DNA of 63,595 nucleotides, filler included, from Sphacelaria rigidula (taxonomy: Eukaryota): NCBI GenBank assembly GCA_964200075.2. It is 11 parts of 11 records of this genome, joined end to end, with 100 filler letters (N's around TTAATTAATTAA, not from the genome) between each part and the next. Parts side by side here need not be neighbours in the genome. Positions count along the whole stretch, not along the records: positions 1 to 5,691 come from CAXNAA020025217.1; positions 5,792 to 11,482 come from CAXNAA020025218.1; positions 11,583 to 17,273 come from CAXNAA020025219.1; 8 more parts are not named here. One strand, written 5' to 3'. This document shows, piece by piece, positions 1 through 12,800 of the stretch. The notes beneath the pieces are model-generated. The model was not told the origin of the DNA. It did not search any database and was given only the letters and a program-made list of their open reading frames with translations. The first letter of the stretch is position 1, and the number at the start of each line of letters is the position of its first letter. A program made the translations under genes and the position numbers.

Positions 1-43
1 TGACCACGGGTTCGCGAGATCAGACTAATGTGCGGAAATAATA

Positions 44-710
44 TTAATAATAAAATAACCGGTACTGATTGTACTTGATCATAACCGCGGATTCGATCCT
101 GTCACCAAACGCCTTCTCCCGCCGGGAGTTCAAGCATCCCCTCAAGAAAGGAAACACTCGCTCAATAGACGCGGACCATGGTCGTATAAGTGCAATATCC
201 GTCGCCACGAGATACCAACTGGAAAGCCTGTTATTGTTGTTGTCCAAAAATGACAGCAAACCGCTCTGAGTGCGCGCCTGAGGCCGCGACCAAAATATCG
301 TCCTTCTCGGACGGTAGGCCCGCCATGACCTCGGGGGTTACAAGGGAGAAAACAGCAAACTGGCGGATCTCTCTCCCGGTGTACCTTGCGTGTTGTTCAA
401 CTCATCATCGCTTCTCACTGTTGCTGCTACAATACTCCTGTACTACAGCTGTGCGCTGTGCGCAGCACGCTGTGCAAGTATACTATTCTCAAATCACATT
501 TTTGAAAACTTAGAGCCACGTATAAAGAACATAAGGTGGGATGTTCAGCTGGTCACACCCGCAACGAAATAGGAACACGAAACACGACCATCGAAGTTTG
601 AAGTATTGAAGCCTGCAGCCTGTCGGCCTGTCTGGTGACGAGTCACGCCACATGGAGCACTTGCGGGTAGCTGCTAGAGTGGCTGCAAGAGGCGCATAAA
701 AAAATGAGCC
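44..710 (-). pseudogene. Degenerate hAT-superfamily transposase, C-terminal part including the dimerisation domain
   Basis: The minus ORF 44-259 reads RLSSWYLVATDIALIRPWSASIERVFPFLRGCLNSRREKAFGDRIESAVMIKYN, resembling the hAT C-terminal pattern W..VA...L..P.SSA..ERVFS. Upstream frames (REIRQFAVFSLVTPEVMAGLPSEKDD; LQYFKLR...LFR) continue a hAT-like C-terminal region across frameshifts. Recognised by eye, no HMM run. Confidence 0.6.
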
Positions 711-1699
711 AAACTTCATGCGCGTTTCAAGCATATTAAGCTTTTCATGAGCTTTAAAAAAAAAAAGACATGTTTAAGATCAAAGCCTACAAATTAAAAT
801 TGTCAACCCTTTAGGAGCTAGACCCCCAGGGAGACCTGCTTTTTGTTTTTGTTAATCGGTCTTATTTTCAGTCATGTTCAGGTCAAAATGATGCCGATTC
901 ACAAGGATTCAAAAAACGAAAATCAGCACTTCAGTTACCAGAGGGTTGATTTAAACTTTGTGTGCGCGTACGGAACAAAAGCTCAAGTAGACCTGGTGAA
1001 CCACAGCATTGGCTTCACGGTTATGAATACTAACACGGACATACTCGGTGGCCGATGGCAGTAGAATCTAGTATCCGTCGTTGTTGAAAGCGCAAAGGCG
1101 TGGGCAGCGAGGAAAAATGCAGCGGAGGGGGTGCAGCAGTGCTGACGGTCATGATCCAATCCTCGAGAATAGAAAGACCAGGTGGGTTACAGTACCGGGG
1201 GACGAATGGGTTGATCACTAGAAGTTGTATTCGGTATTTGAAACCATCTTCCTTCAAGTATTTACGGTTTGGAGATGATCCATCTTCATCCACTTATCCT
1301 CAGTGTGCTCCCCCTGGTTTGTCCTTCTGTACATGAAACGAAATCACAGCGTTGATGCACTGCTGGAACACTACATTTTCATTTTGTTACGTATTGGAAA
1401 ATGACCACCCTGTGAAATCATCTTTATATCATCCTCCTTATCGAAAACGCAACCCATGCATTGACCCTTCGAATTACGGACTCGGTCCCGAGTAACGAGA
1501 AGGGGGGTTCAAGGTATGCCGAAAAAAGATACAGCAGGGTCACGCGGAACGGGTCACTTCTTCAGAAATTCCGGGGGTGCGGTACACCCCGCCTTGCCGT
1601 AACACAAAATTGAACATCACCATAAGCCGGTCCGGCGACCAACCGCAAAATAGAAGGCCATCGCCCGCATGTACAACCATACGTCCGCCTTAGGGGGGG

Positions 1700-1885
1700 T
1701 CTTAGCAAATGAATTTTACATCGAAAATGTGAGATGAAAAGAGAAAACTCGGATCTGATATGTTGTGGCTTCAACTATCGTAGTTTATTTTGAAGATGGT
1801 TGAAATCACGACCTATCAAATTGAATATTTGTTTTCCACCGCACTTTTTCGATCGAAACCTGACGTACTAAGTAAGACACGGCCT
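1700..1885. mobile_element. Palindromic MITE, diverged copy of the family at 47173-47358
   Basis: Shares TTTGAAGATGGTTGAAATCA...TTCCACCGCAC...TTTTCGATCGAAA with 47268-47340. The left arm is a degenerate reverse complement. A partial copy lies at about 2860-2920. Confidence 0.6.
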
Positions 1886-1920
1886 TACCATGCCATTACG
1901 GTAACACGAAAATTGCCCAC

Positions 1921-2055
1921 CTTGAAATCGTCCCAGAATATATCCTCTTCTTCCGGCACCTCGGAGGCACCGGTGGGTGATAAGGCTGTCCTTAGCGCCC
2001 TCTGCGAGCTGCTGGTACCGTCCCAGTTCAGAGCTAGCAGGCAGGCCAGCAGGGA
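1921..2055 (-). CDS. Internal exon of an unknown protein (SLLACLLALNWDGTSSSQRALRTALSPTGASEVPEEEDIFWDDFK)
   Basis: 135 bp, phase 0-0, pyrimidine-rich upstream sequence with an aag acceptor, AAG|gtgggc donor, GC-rich coding-like composition. Frame-compatible with exon 3004-3159. Confidence 0.6.
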
Positions 2056-2496
2056 CTTTTTTTCCATTATCCAGCGAGGAAGTTTGGGCGGTGAAATGAA
2101 GAAGAAGGGAACAATGACGGAAAGGAAAAAAAACCCGAGAGCAATCAAGTGCACCATTCGTAAGTGGGTTAGGCAGAAGCAGGGCATGATTCCCGGCGAC
2201 AGTGGTGTTATGTAGTATATGAAAAAGGACGGAGAAAAAAAATGATGATAAATGGTAAAAGCGGGGAGGAAAACAAAAGAAAAAGAGGAACTTTTATTTA
2301 CTTTTTTTTGTTCCCTTGTTCTTCTATTTTAGAGAGAAAGATGAAAGGAAGACAAAAGGAAGACAGGGAAAAACACAATAGATGCGAGGGCTTGATCGAT
2401 CAATTGATTATGAATGGTTCATTGTCGACATTAAATAAGGTGGGTGTCTCGCAGCTTGTCACCATTATACTCATGGTTGAGAAATTTTTCAAATAA

Positions 2497-2700
2497 CGGT
2501 AACCGTAACTGTAACCCTAACCCCAACCCAAACGCAAGGAATACCGGAACCCTTGGGCAATAGGGGTGCGAAGAGCGCCCTGGGGTAAGGGTCGCAAATT
2601 CCATCGATAGACCATCAAATCGGCGCACACGGGACTGTCAGTCCCACGAAAGATCCGAATTTGGATGTTCACACTCAAATCAAGTGTTATCCTTGATGGT
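2497..2700. mobile_element. Single arm of a foldback element capped by telomere-like repeats
   Basis: Starts TAACCGTAACTGTAACCCTAACCCCAACCC, then sequence similar to the arms at 29404-29600 and 30280-30508 (AGAC..CAAATCGGCGC; CACTCAAATCAAGT). Confidence 0.5.
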
Positions 2701-3003
2701 CGGAATTTGACCGCGTCCGATAGACGAGACGGGGCTCTGAGTTCATGCAGCCGTTACCCGTAGGATGTCCTCTTGGTTCAGAAGGAGGCACGAACGGTTA
2801 ACATGGTCATTCGTACTGAGAAAAAAAAAAAAATCCACACAAATATTTTCTGCAAATGCGATTTTCGTTTTCCGTGGCATTTTTTCGATCGAAAACCAAT
2901 GTGCTCAGACACGGCCCAAGACACGCTCCAAGAGTGAACAAAAAATAGAACCGAAACAAAACAATACAATAAAAAAACGGTAGGAATCGACCATTGTTCC
3001 CAC

Positions 3004-3159
3004 CTTTTGTTGCTCCGCATCGGTTCCTCGGCTAGACGAGAAGAACCGGCTCCGCCCTCCTGTCACACCGTCCGGGGCCGTATCGCACCGCCAGATGATG
3101 TCATAGATGAGAGGAACGCTCTCCGCATGCTTCATCATGGCCAGCCGCCTAAAGTTGCC
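3004..3159 (-). CDS. Internal exon of an unknown protein (GNFRRLAMMKHAESVPLIYDIIWRCDTAPDGVTGGRSRFFSSSRGTDAEQQK)
   Basis: 156 bp, phase 0-0, polypyrimidine tract plus aaaacag acceptor, AAG|gtggga donor, no stops. Confidence 0.7.
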
Positions 3160-4611
3160 CTGTTTTAGGGTGAAGCGGAGAACGACCAAAAAAAGAAGGG
3201 GCTGGGAGTTGGATCTCTTGCTGACTCACGTCGCGGAACATGAACGCAATGTCCATGTTGGTGCACTTCCGACGTCACACAACAGAAAATCAATACATGT
3301 ACACCGCTATCAACAATGTTTTCGTGAGATTGAGAGTATGGGATGCGATGGAGAGTGAAAAGCGGTCAATTAGTGAATGCTTCGTTTCAGGTCCAAAATG
3401 CCCCTCCACGAGGCCCGATATGCTTTCCGCAGTAGCTTGGCATTGAGGCCCATGATATCCCTGAGTTGGATATCGACGTGTAGCTGCAAGCACACGCCAG
3501 TGATAGACGCAAAGAAAATCACACACGGAATGAATGATTGGCTAAGTTAAAGCGATCGATTAAATCAATCAGCGCTCTACTCTCAATCTCACGAAATCGT
3601 AGTTTATTGCTGTGTCGTCTTCGCTACACTGAACAAGTACTTCAACATACAGTAGTAGTACATTTTGTACTAGACTACCGCACGTTCTGGAACACCAGGA
3701 CACGTCCTAGAACAACGAGCATTACAAAAAGATATCTAGGAGCAGGCAATTACAGAACACGCTTTTACCGGGCTGGTTTGTAGTTAATGCTCAAAATGTA
3801 TTGCCCACTAGATACGGAACGCAAAACTGATACCATAGGAATATATTTGGTATCGTAACGACCCCCACGAGCAAGCCAACAGTGCGACATGTTTAGATTA
3901 TTTCTCGCGTCGTTTGCTGTGGTGCTGGTACGAGCAGCGAAAATGTTTCTCGATCAATCAGGGGCCTTCAAATTGTTGTGAAATTTGAAAATACGAATTC
4001 CAGACTCAGTTTCTACCCAATCTCATCACGGATCAAAACCACAGTAACCATCGTTAGCTAGGGAGTGTAATCCTTTGACCGCGACGGTGGGTCACCTGCT
4101 GAACCGGCATCAATTTTCACTTGAGAAAATCATGGGTGATTCAGATGGACTACCTGCACCACGGTCCAAGGGTAAAATAAGAAACACAGATGTGAGCACG
4201 GTGTGCATGGGCTCGAGCTACAACCCGAAACGTGGTATTCTGGTTATGTCCGGTTTTGATGTCGGGATTTCAACTGAAAATGTGTGTCGAAGACAAGAAA
4301 GCCGTTTCACGGTTCCGTCGTAACATTCGTAGAAAAGCTTCCATCATCCTCCAATGTGGCCGTTTGGTAGATGTGGGTGCTGAGAATGAAGGAGAGAAAC
4401 GTCGTTGAAGAATATTCCCAAAATTTTCGCACTGTACCGACTTTCGGGGGGTCCCAATAAAGACTCCCCGATAAGCCGGTACAGATTGCTTCAGAATCGA
4501 AAATTAAAAAACTGGCTCCTCCCGAGGTAGTCTAAGGAATGCCTGTACAAATTTTCGTTACGGAACTCGATAAGCTGATCCCAAACGGTAGATTTAAGCT
4601 CGAGCGCCCAA

Positions 4612-4668
4612 GGAAAAGGAAAAGGAGAAGGAGAAGGAGAAGGAGAAGGAGAAGGAGAAGGAGAAGGA
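4612..4668. repeat. (GGAGAA)n purine hexamer microsatellite
   Basis: Read directly from the sequence. It produces the spurious poly-R and PS-repeat ORFs. Confidence 0.95.
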
Positions 4669-5505
4669 AAACGGCGGTAGCATACTACAATCAAGTAATT
4701 ACGGGGCTTCTGCGTACGTTTGCATACTTCAACGCACACACAGGCAACTCTTCATCACGCCGTTTTTTCGACGAAGACCCTAAAAATTTTGCACAAGGGT
4801 GGTCTGAGGTTATTTAGGAAGGTTACATGAATGAGTTTTTCGAAACAAAAATTGCCGCCAGATATCCGGGGTCCCAGGAGGCGGGTGGTGTTTTGTGCGA
4901 AATTTCAGGGTCTAACTCGAAAAAACGGCTGAAGCATCGCTGGGGAGAAAATTCTAGTCGTTCACCCTGAATCAGTCCGCAGGACGTGCAAGTTTCGTTA
5001 CCCTAAAATACATGCAGTAACAGTGCAAGATTCTCCGTTGACACTTCGCGGGTTGAACGCCCAAAAATTGCTGCCCAGCGATTTCTCCCGCGGGTTTTTT
5101 CAAGTCAGACTCTGAAATTTTGCACACGTGTGCTGTGAAATATTCTTCATGAGTGGTGATTTTCATTTTTCGCCGGAAATCCGGTGTCCCCAGAGTCCCA
5201 GGGCTCATGCCGCCTCCCGAAACCCCGGATTCCTGGCGAATAAAACAAGATAAAACTCGGTGAAAGAATTTCGCGATTTCCGCAGTGCAAAATTTCGGGG
5301 TTTACCTCGAACAAACCGCGTGGGAATCCCGCGCGCGTGGGTCGAAGTTTCCAAATAGACGCCAAAACTCCTCAAATAGGGGATAACCGTACACATCGGA
5401 CACATCGTGATGTGCCCGAAACAGCCAATCAAAGAAGAGTCTTGACTCTGTTGGCTCAAAAACACTAAATATGTGACCGCGGAGGCAGGAACGCCAGAGG
5501 GCAAC

Positions 5506-5538
5506 CTTTGCGCTGCTTGGCGTGCTCGGCGTCCGGCG
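5506..5538 (-). CDS. Candidate 33-bp micro-exon (RRTPSTPSSAK) of the same unknown gene
   Basis: Strong pyrimidine tract ccccccccttctcatacctgctccttacag, AAG|gttgcc donor, phase 0-0 compatible with exon 3004-3159. Confidence 0.4.
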
Positions 5539-5691
5539 CTGTAAGGAGCAGGTATGAGAAGGGGGGGGGCAACTGATCCGCATCATGATCCGTCCGACGT
5601 AAGGATAATAGTATGCTGCCCATCCTTCCACGGTTAGGACAAATCATCACGACTCAAAATCACCAAATTCACGATTTCTTCGGCCTGATTT

Positions 5692-5791
5692 NNNNNNNNN
5701 NNNNNNNNNNNNNNNNNNNNNNNNNNNNNNNNNNNTTAATTAATTAANNNNNNNNNNNNNNNNNNNNNNNNNNNNNNNNNNNNNNNNNNNN
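5692..5791. other. Artificial contig spacer N44-TTAATTAATTAA-N44, first of 10 (others start at 11483, 17274, 23065, 28856, 34646, 40436, 46226, 52016, 57806)
   Basis: Identical 100-bp spacer with stops in all six frames recurring every 5790-5791 bp. Contigs are 5691 bp (first five) then 5690 bp (last six). Confidence 0.99.
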
Positions 5792-6879
5792 AAATGGACA
5801 CAATTCCGGGGAGTGGTTGATTCTCATTTCAAAATACGTTCTCATTTTTCTGGCAACCCTGTCATGTATGGAAATGCACCCAACATTGGGCATGATTTCT
5901 ACAGTCAGTACAAACTCGTTGTTGGAAGTGTACTGCGCAAAGTCAGTGTGCTGTTTGTGTTGTCGTCCCATCTCTTGTGGACGCCGGGCTCCACCTGTCA
6001 GTATGTGTGGGCGCACCAGCCGTGGTTGTGTTACCATACAGCTTCGCCCAAGATACAGGCAGCCATTACAGCGGCGCAGGCAGCCTTTGACATCTGCGTG
6101 CGCCACCTGGGGCAAACACACGCTCTAGCTGCAACTCGGACAGCTTTACAAAATGTGACGTAACAGCAAAGCGCGTAGCGAGGCGTGATATCCTGCGTAT
6201 ACGTTGACCGCGATACAAGCGGGTGAATTTATGATGTGGCGAACTGCCTAAGACAACGCGAAATCAATGCACATGGAGGTGTGGTGAACCAATTGGGTTT
6301 GGTCTAGTGCTGCCGATTCTACGTGCTGGACCAAAGAGTATAGCGTACCAGTTCAAAAACGGATATACATGATATAAACGCAACCGACATGCTCTGGTTA
6401 TCATGAACTGTGAACTGTGAACTGTGTACGAGGCGCGGGAAGCGTAGTCCTTGTCAAGGAATGCAAGGACGCGACCATACTGCAGTACAGGCAGTTTTTA
6501 TCAATAGCATGAAACACGTGATTAGAGTGAGATACAAGACAAAGCATTTGCATCAGAATACCTGGGTATTTTTGGTACTGACACGAATTCACCAGTCCCT
6601 CCACTACCTACCGTAACGAGATATATATATATAATATATATATATAGCTCTCTATATATATCACGTGTAAATACAAGATGAATGAGATACGGGCAGACCT
6701 TCATTTTAGAGTTGGAGGGCCCAGCCGAAACCACTCGGGTTTCACCGCCGAAATCCAAGACCGCAACGTCACAAACCCCGAAATGAATTGAAATAGGGAG
6801 CGCCCTGGACACAGGGCAATCTATTCGAATATGAAATTGAACATCAAAATGAGACGCAACTCCAAAATACTTCCTTCCC

Positions 6880-7876
6880 TGACAAAGGGTTTGTCAAAAA
6901 TATATTTCGGGACACGTAGGCCCCAAGGTCGAAAATTCGAGTTTTTGAGGGGAGTGGGGGAACGCAACCTGCTGTCCCCTAGTTCCTTGCCGAGGCGTTG
7001 GCGGATGTGGTCAGGTGCCGTGTACAGAGATCCTTGGCACAGAGACGGCTGAAATGACGGACACACGCCCCTCCGAGCTCATCACCTACCATGATTATGT
7101 TTAAGGGATCATGTTCCGTGTCGTGTGCCTCGACTACGTATCACTAGCAGTCCGGGCAAATTTGGCGAGGTATGAGATACTGTTGCTACTTTGTCTACAG
7201 GCTGACTTTTGATTTTACAATCTCATCCTTCCCGACCTTCCTGACACTATTTTCGGGGTTTGCCTCGATCCCGGGGTGAAAAAAAAAGACGCTTCTAAGC
7301 CCGAAAATGGTGCTTCCGCACATACCCCTTGGCAGAACGGAAGACGGGAAATCGGCAAAAAGAGTTTCAGGGAGGTCGGGGGGCAGGAGGTCCGTTCATA
7401 TGAATAGTATTTGTCATGACTTTAGGTCAGGGAAAGTACTGTTTTGGAGTCGATGTCAAGATCGCCATTTTTGTGTGTGCGGAGGGATTTCCTTCGGTGA
7501 CGTGTAATCTAGTGAACGACTGTTGCAGGGGTAGTTCCCGGGAGCCCCGAGACCCCCACTTCTATACAGCTGGATCTTGGACCCCAAGGTAACGGGGATC
7601 TGTAGAGCGAACTGCGGTCAAGCCCTGAGGATCACTTCTGGCTAACTCGCTCGCGCTCGTCAAGCTCTACCGAGTGATCTATCTGCCTGAACCCCACGGC
7701 TTACGGCCAATCCTTGACTACAGAACACGAGGACAATTATCGGCCACCTTCGACGGTTGCTACCGTCACCAGGAGTCTCACGACCTCCACATTGGCGACA
7801 CCAATTTAGACAAGTGTACGAGACACTCGGGATGGTGTCTTTCCCCTCGCCATCCATCATGGGGAGCAACAACAGC

Positions 7877-7934
<58 letters not shown>

Positions 7935-9065
7935 CTAGCGGATCCACATCGAACCCCATTGTAACGGTTAACCTCATTTTTGAAAATAGTCTCTTCATAC
8001 TTACTTGAATATGGTCTCGACACCAGTCAAGCAGATCATTCAACACTGCAGCCAAACTACCCCTGTAATGCAACACACGTGAGGTGCTATATCGAACATT
8101 TTCCAATCATACATCGCCATACAGTACACCACCTGAATTTTTAAGTTGGCCCAAATATTTTCACAAATACGACACTTGACTGGTGGGAATATATACCAAC
8201 TGTCCTCTGAAGAAACTTGGTCCCGTCAAGATAGCTAGAAAAACGCATCAAGCAGTTTCTCCAGTCTCCAAACTTGCTTGCTTCGGTTCAGATGTTTTGA
8301 CCTTTTTAGTCTACTTTTGAAACATGAACCGCATATTACAGTGTCACAAACACAGCTGCATGTCCATCTGGAGCTCACTGATGAGTAGCCACCTGCAAAC
8401 ATGCCTACCGCCATCATCACGTTTCCTCCCCATGAATGTAACGTAACTGATTTGGCTCCACCGAGGGGGCTATGCGGAGAAGATTTTCGGACACGAAACC
8501 CCCCCACCCACCCCACTCCTGGAGGGCATTTTTTCGAAAATTGTCACGACTTGTTCTATTGTTGTTGAATATGTTGCAACAAGTTGGTCAATGGACACCG
8601 ACAAAAACCGTCAAGTCTGGCGGGTTTCGCGGGGTTCTTATATTTGCTTCTGCTCCTTGACCGCTCTGCCCCGATGACCTCAGATGCCGGCCACACTCAC
8701 GAACATGTAGACTAGCGCAGGGTAGCGACAACCTGAGGCCAAAGGAGCAACAATACATCGCACCTCGCCAAACTCGTCCGGACTACTGGTAGGTGTTCGA
8801 GGCACACGACACGGGACATGATCCCATATCTGTAGTCATGGTGAGTGATACGCTTGGGGAGGGCGACGTGTCCGCCATCTCAGCGGTCTCCATGCCAAGG
8901 ACCTCGATAAATGTCAGCTGACCGTATCCGCCAACGCCTCAGCAATAAACTGCGGGATAGTGGACCTGGGTAACGCCCCTCCCTCCATTCAAAAACTATT
9001 TCTTTCGATCTTAGGGCCTACGTGTCTCAAATCCGCGTTTCCCCTGTCTGCCATCCCGTTGGTGA
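6880..9065. mobile_element. About 2.2-kb foldback/non-autonomous DNA element with long (~320 bp) diverged terminal inverted repeats
   Basis: About 6880-7205 is the reverse complement of about 8727-9065, e.g. GAGGCGTTGGCGGAT / ATCCGCCAACGCCTC, CCGTGTCGTGTGCCTCGA / TCGAGGCACACGACACGG, GACACGTAGGCCC / GGGCCTACGTGTC. Confidence 0.75.
7866..7933. repeat. (AAC)n microsatellite
   Basis: About 22 AAC units, the source of the poly-N/T/L/V ORFs. Confidence 0.95.
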
Positions 9066-10249
9066 CACAAGATACCGGTAAATAAACTACAGGTCCTCTA
9101 GAGTGCTTCGTGGTCTGTGATCCCGTGGGTCCGTTCGATTGACCCGACTGGTGTAGTCGATCAGAAGATGCTGCTGTCAGCCCATCAGGATGATGTAGAG
9201 GTGTAGTATTGTTTAGCCAGGCCAGGCAAAGAGAAAGATATGATCGAATGTGCAGAGCCTCATGGCCGACCATCGAGACGATAGGTACGTGGGTCCTGTA
9301 GACGCCAACCATGGTAGTGAATCCCACGGCGTCTAACGGTCAGAACACCGGAGACAAGTGTTTCACGGCTTTATCGTAGATCCAACACCGTAGACCCTAC
9401 TGATTGTTCTGCTCATGGGAACAAGTTGGTGCCTCGAGGAAGCAATAGTAGAGATTATTGTATACCTTCATCTTAGCACGTATCAAATGTTGTTCAGTGG
9501 GCTCAAATGTAGCTCAGTAGATTCTTCAGAAGCCGTGGGTACCTCGAGCCCGTCGTCATGATCCGTGCAAGGTTGAAGGCTGTTCTTCTTTCAACCCGAT
9601 TCATCGGCTGATGGAGACGAGTGGGCAGCAAGATATAGTCGTCAGCCAGGATTTGCCTTTGACATAACGGTGTGATAAGCCCAACCCCTGTCCTCCACAG
9701 TCTAGGGCGCCTCCCATCCTCCTTGAACGTGTGCTGTAACAATGATGTACCTGTGTTGCTGTATTGACGTTCAACCAAGTGCGTTACTCTAAGTAAACAG
9801 GGGCTATCACAACAACATTGAGCCAAGTGCCACTATGGTGCAGAAAACACGTGATACTCTCCGACTACGCATCGCGTGAATGAATACACTCTGAACGCCG
9901 TTGTAGGTTCTTTCACGGCAGTAGTAAAGATTCCACGTGCGTGTGTCGGCATCTAATGTTCGACCGGACCATACGGCAGATTCCCACGCTATGTTTTAAG
10001 AACGCTGCAGAAATATGGTGAATGGTACCATTGCATAGAGAGACACAGATGGGCGGGAGGAAATTTCATATCATGTGCATATGTGCTCAGTCTATACTCG
10101 ACAATATTTGAAAACGGGATCCATTTTGCAGCGCAATGCCAGAAAATGATGATGCACGTCTCAACCGTTGCTGTGTTGTATCACATCTAGAGCTGATCGA
10201 TGGCATCTACGTTGTATATACATATTATACTTACTATTATAGGTAAAAA

Positions 10250-10336
10250 ATACCCAAACACATTCGGCGGGAATTGAACCTGCGTTCCATTAACGCTTTT
10301 TGTGTCAGTTACGCCAGTGGACCACCGGGGCGCGGC
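10250..10336 (-). mobile_element. tRNA-derived SINE family 2, head fragment
   Basis: The reverse complement starts GCCGCGCCCCGGTGGT and has a B-box-like GGTTCAATTCC, like the heads at 22931 and 45772. Confidence 0.55.
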
Positions 10337-10769
10337 AGTGTTACATACGAGTGCATGCGTTAATTGTTCAGCAAACATCATAGAGATGCAAAATTATTGA
10401 TAGCTACGTACCGATTACGGACACAATGGCAGTCGCAAAACGAGAGGCGGGTTACTTTCGTACGCGGCGCTCATGACAACCTCGATAGCTTTCCAAATAT
10501 ATCGCCTCTGGCGTGGTGTAGTGAAAGGTATTACTTCCAACTATCGACAGATGGGATTCGGCGGCAAAACCGTGTACTGTTTGACTTCTTATTGATTGTC
10601 GCACACTAACTGATTCCCCATGAATTCAGCCGTTGTCACACGATAGACGTACCCGAGATGGAACAAAACGGAAACACTCGCTGAAGGAAAGTCAGGAAAA
10701 CAGAAAGGCGGAACACACGCAAATAATGTTTTAATGCGCTGCCATCCCATTTATTCTAGACGCCAGAGC

Positions 10770-11000
10770 AATGCCGCGATAGCTCCCGAAAAAACTAACC
10801 CCAAAATTGTCACCAAGAAAATGGTCATACGGCCGATGATAGCTGGTTTTTGTCTATGGAGCGCCTCATACGGGAGACATTGGCCAAAACGATATCAAGC
10901 GTGCGAAATCTGCTCGGTATGCTTGGCTTTTGTCATTTCGAGTTACTTGTTGACTCTGCCTCTTCAAAGCAGCCACTTGTCTAGGGCGGGCTATCGCGTC
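10770..11000. mobile_element. MITE family A copy (termini CGCGATAGC...GCTATCGCG)
   Basis: The internal sequence (AAAATGGTCATAC...GCGCCTCATACGGG.GACATTGG) matches copies at 58858-59195, 61448-61711 and 63025-63275. Confidence 0.65.
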
Positions 11001-11009
11001 ATCATTCGC

Positions 11010-11340
11010 ATTCTACACGTTCCGGCCTATGTGAGCGCATCAACCGAGGTGAAAGAGGAGGGAAGTCAACACGGGACGTTTTTATGTTTTTTTGTTTTCG
11101 AGCAGTCCACCTTCCTTTTGTGTTGCTGGCCTTATTTTTTGTCGCTAGAAGGGTTGAGCGCTCCTCTCCCGCCGTCGACCATGAAGTCGACCTTTGTGTA
11201 CTCACGACATAGTAGTCGCTCCCCGCTGTTGGGCACTATACGAGAAAACTCCAGATCGTGTGACTTCACGGAGATTCGAACCTACGTCCCAACCCTAACA
11301 AGGTTTCGAGGTCACTAACTGAGCCACCGGGGCGACTGGC
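11010..11340 (-). mobile_element. tRNA-derived SINE family 1, diverged copy
   Basis: On the + strand it ends GATTCGAACC...AACTGAGCCACCGGGGCGACTGGC, giving minus-strand A and B boxes. The body aligns with copies at 46603, 47808 and 53689. Confidence 0.75.
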
Positions 11341-11816
11341 CTACTTGTGCAACGAGTAGACTCGATTGAACAAACAAACAAACAAACAATACAAGGGCAA
11401 ATGAGTCATCCTACGATAGGGGGGGGGGGGGGGATTTGGTTTCGAGAAAAAGAGGCCCAACAAGGTGTACGCCCCCCCTCCCNNNNNNNNNNNNNNNNNN
11501 NNNNNNNNNNNNNNNNNNNNNNNNNNTTAATTAATTAANNNNNNNNNNNNNNNNNNNNNNNNNNNNNNNNNNNNNNNNNNNNGGACTACCACAGCTTTCA
11601 AGAATGGGAAGCGTCTCGAGCTAGGGGGGTTTCTACAGCTGGGGGCACAGAAGCGCCTCAGCTAGAAGCCCAGGAAGCAGCAGCCCCGAGAGAGTATGGG
11701 GCTGACACAGCACTCATCGGGTCGGCCGGTCTGGGATTGGGTCGACTAGGGGCGGGGGGGGGGAAGCACCACCCAGGGGCACAACAGATACCCATGCCCC
11801 TGGTACATCGTTAGGA

Positions 11817-12800
11817 ATGATGTCTGGTCTTGGTTTTTCCAGTACAGGGGGTATGCGAAATGTTGATAGCAGTTTACAAAACCGAGGAAGTACACAACCA
11901 GCGTCGTTATTAATGAGTGATTCTAGGACTTTGAAAGCAAAATTTATCGCCAAGTTTACAAGTAACAAAGGTCATAGATGGACGACTTTTAAGCGGGATG
12001 TAGAGCGATATGCGTTCATGTGGGGTTTCGGAGATGGATTTTTTCGCGACCCACCGCTTTGTGTTGGTCCTTTAAAAGAACCGCAGCCATTAGGGTCTGG
12101 TGTGAGTCAGGACGACATCAAGCGAGCTCGCTTTGCGTATATTTTGCTTCTCAACACTGTCAAGAATTCCGTTGCGAGACATATCCTTGTGGATTCGCGA
12201 TCACCGTCCATAGCATGGCGTGCATTGGACGAGCAGTTCTCTCCCAAAATCTCGGGAGCTGAGATGGATGTCTTAGACGAGTTCTATAATCTGAAGTACA
12301 CAAAAGGGCAGGATACAGGTGAGTTCTGGATCCAGCTACAGCCAGTGCACTCGCGTTCTGTAACGTTGGGGTTCGAGATTCCCCGTGAGATGATAGTGGT
12401 AAATTCCTAAATTTCCTCCCTCCTGAGTACACCACGATTCGAGATCAGTTGCGTTTTGATCGAAGCATCACTGTTGACTGACAAGACCCGAGCCGCTGTG
12501 AAGGATAAATGTATGTCTCTGAAGAAAACGGGTACTTCGCGTGGTAGTGATCACAACCGTGCCTTATATGCAGGAAATAAGGGTTCCGGCTACAGGAGTA
12601 AAAAAGAGGAGGCGGGAAGTCGCAGATATCCGCGGCTGGATCATGTGATGGAACTTCACAGTCGGATGGAAAAGCAAGGGGTGACGGTAGTCCCTCAGAT
12701 AAGAAGAAAGCCGTAGAAAAGAGAAACCTCACCTGTTACGAGTGTGGAAAAACTGGCCATTTCAAGTCTGAGTGCCCAGAACGTGTCTGCGCGATGTGCG
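11817..12800 (+). pseudogene. copia gag with CCHC zinc knuckle, frameshifted near 12400 and 12480
   Basis: Gag-like segment AWRALDEQFSPKISGAEMDVLDEFYNLKY, then FLPPEYTTIRDQL in a shifted frame. Knuckle CYECGKTGHFKSEC at 12734-12775. Confidence 0.85.

Noticed and set aside
5736..5747. TTAATTAATTAA recurring every 5.79 kb as a periodic biological signal
   Set aside because: It is an artificial six-frame-stop linker embedded in N runs.
7660..8106. Poly-L/N/T/V ORFs, and likewise poly-R (4539), poly-P/G (40480, 46270) and CV-repeat (58954) ORFs
   Set aside because: They are translations of microsatellites or homopolymer runs.
9500..10080. Possible gypsy RT relic (PYGRF..KNAA)
   Set aside because: Only a few residues in different frames, with no other RT motifs.
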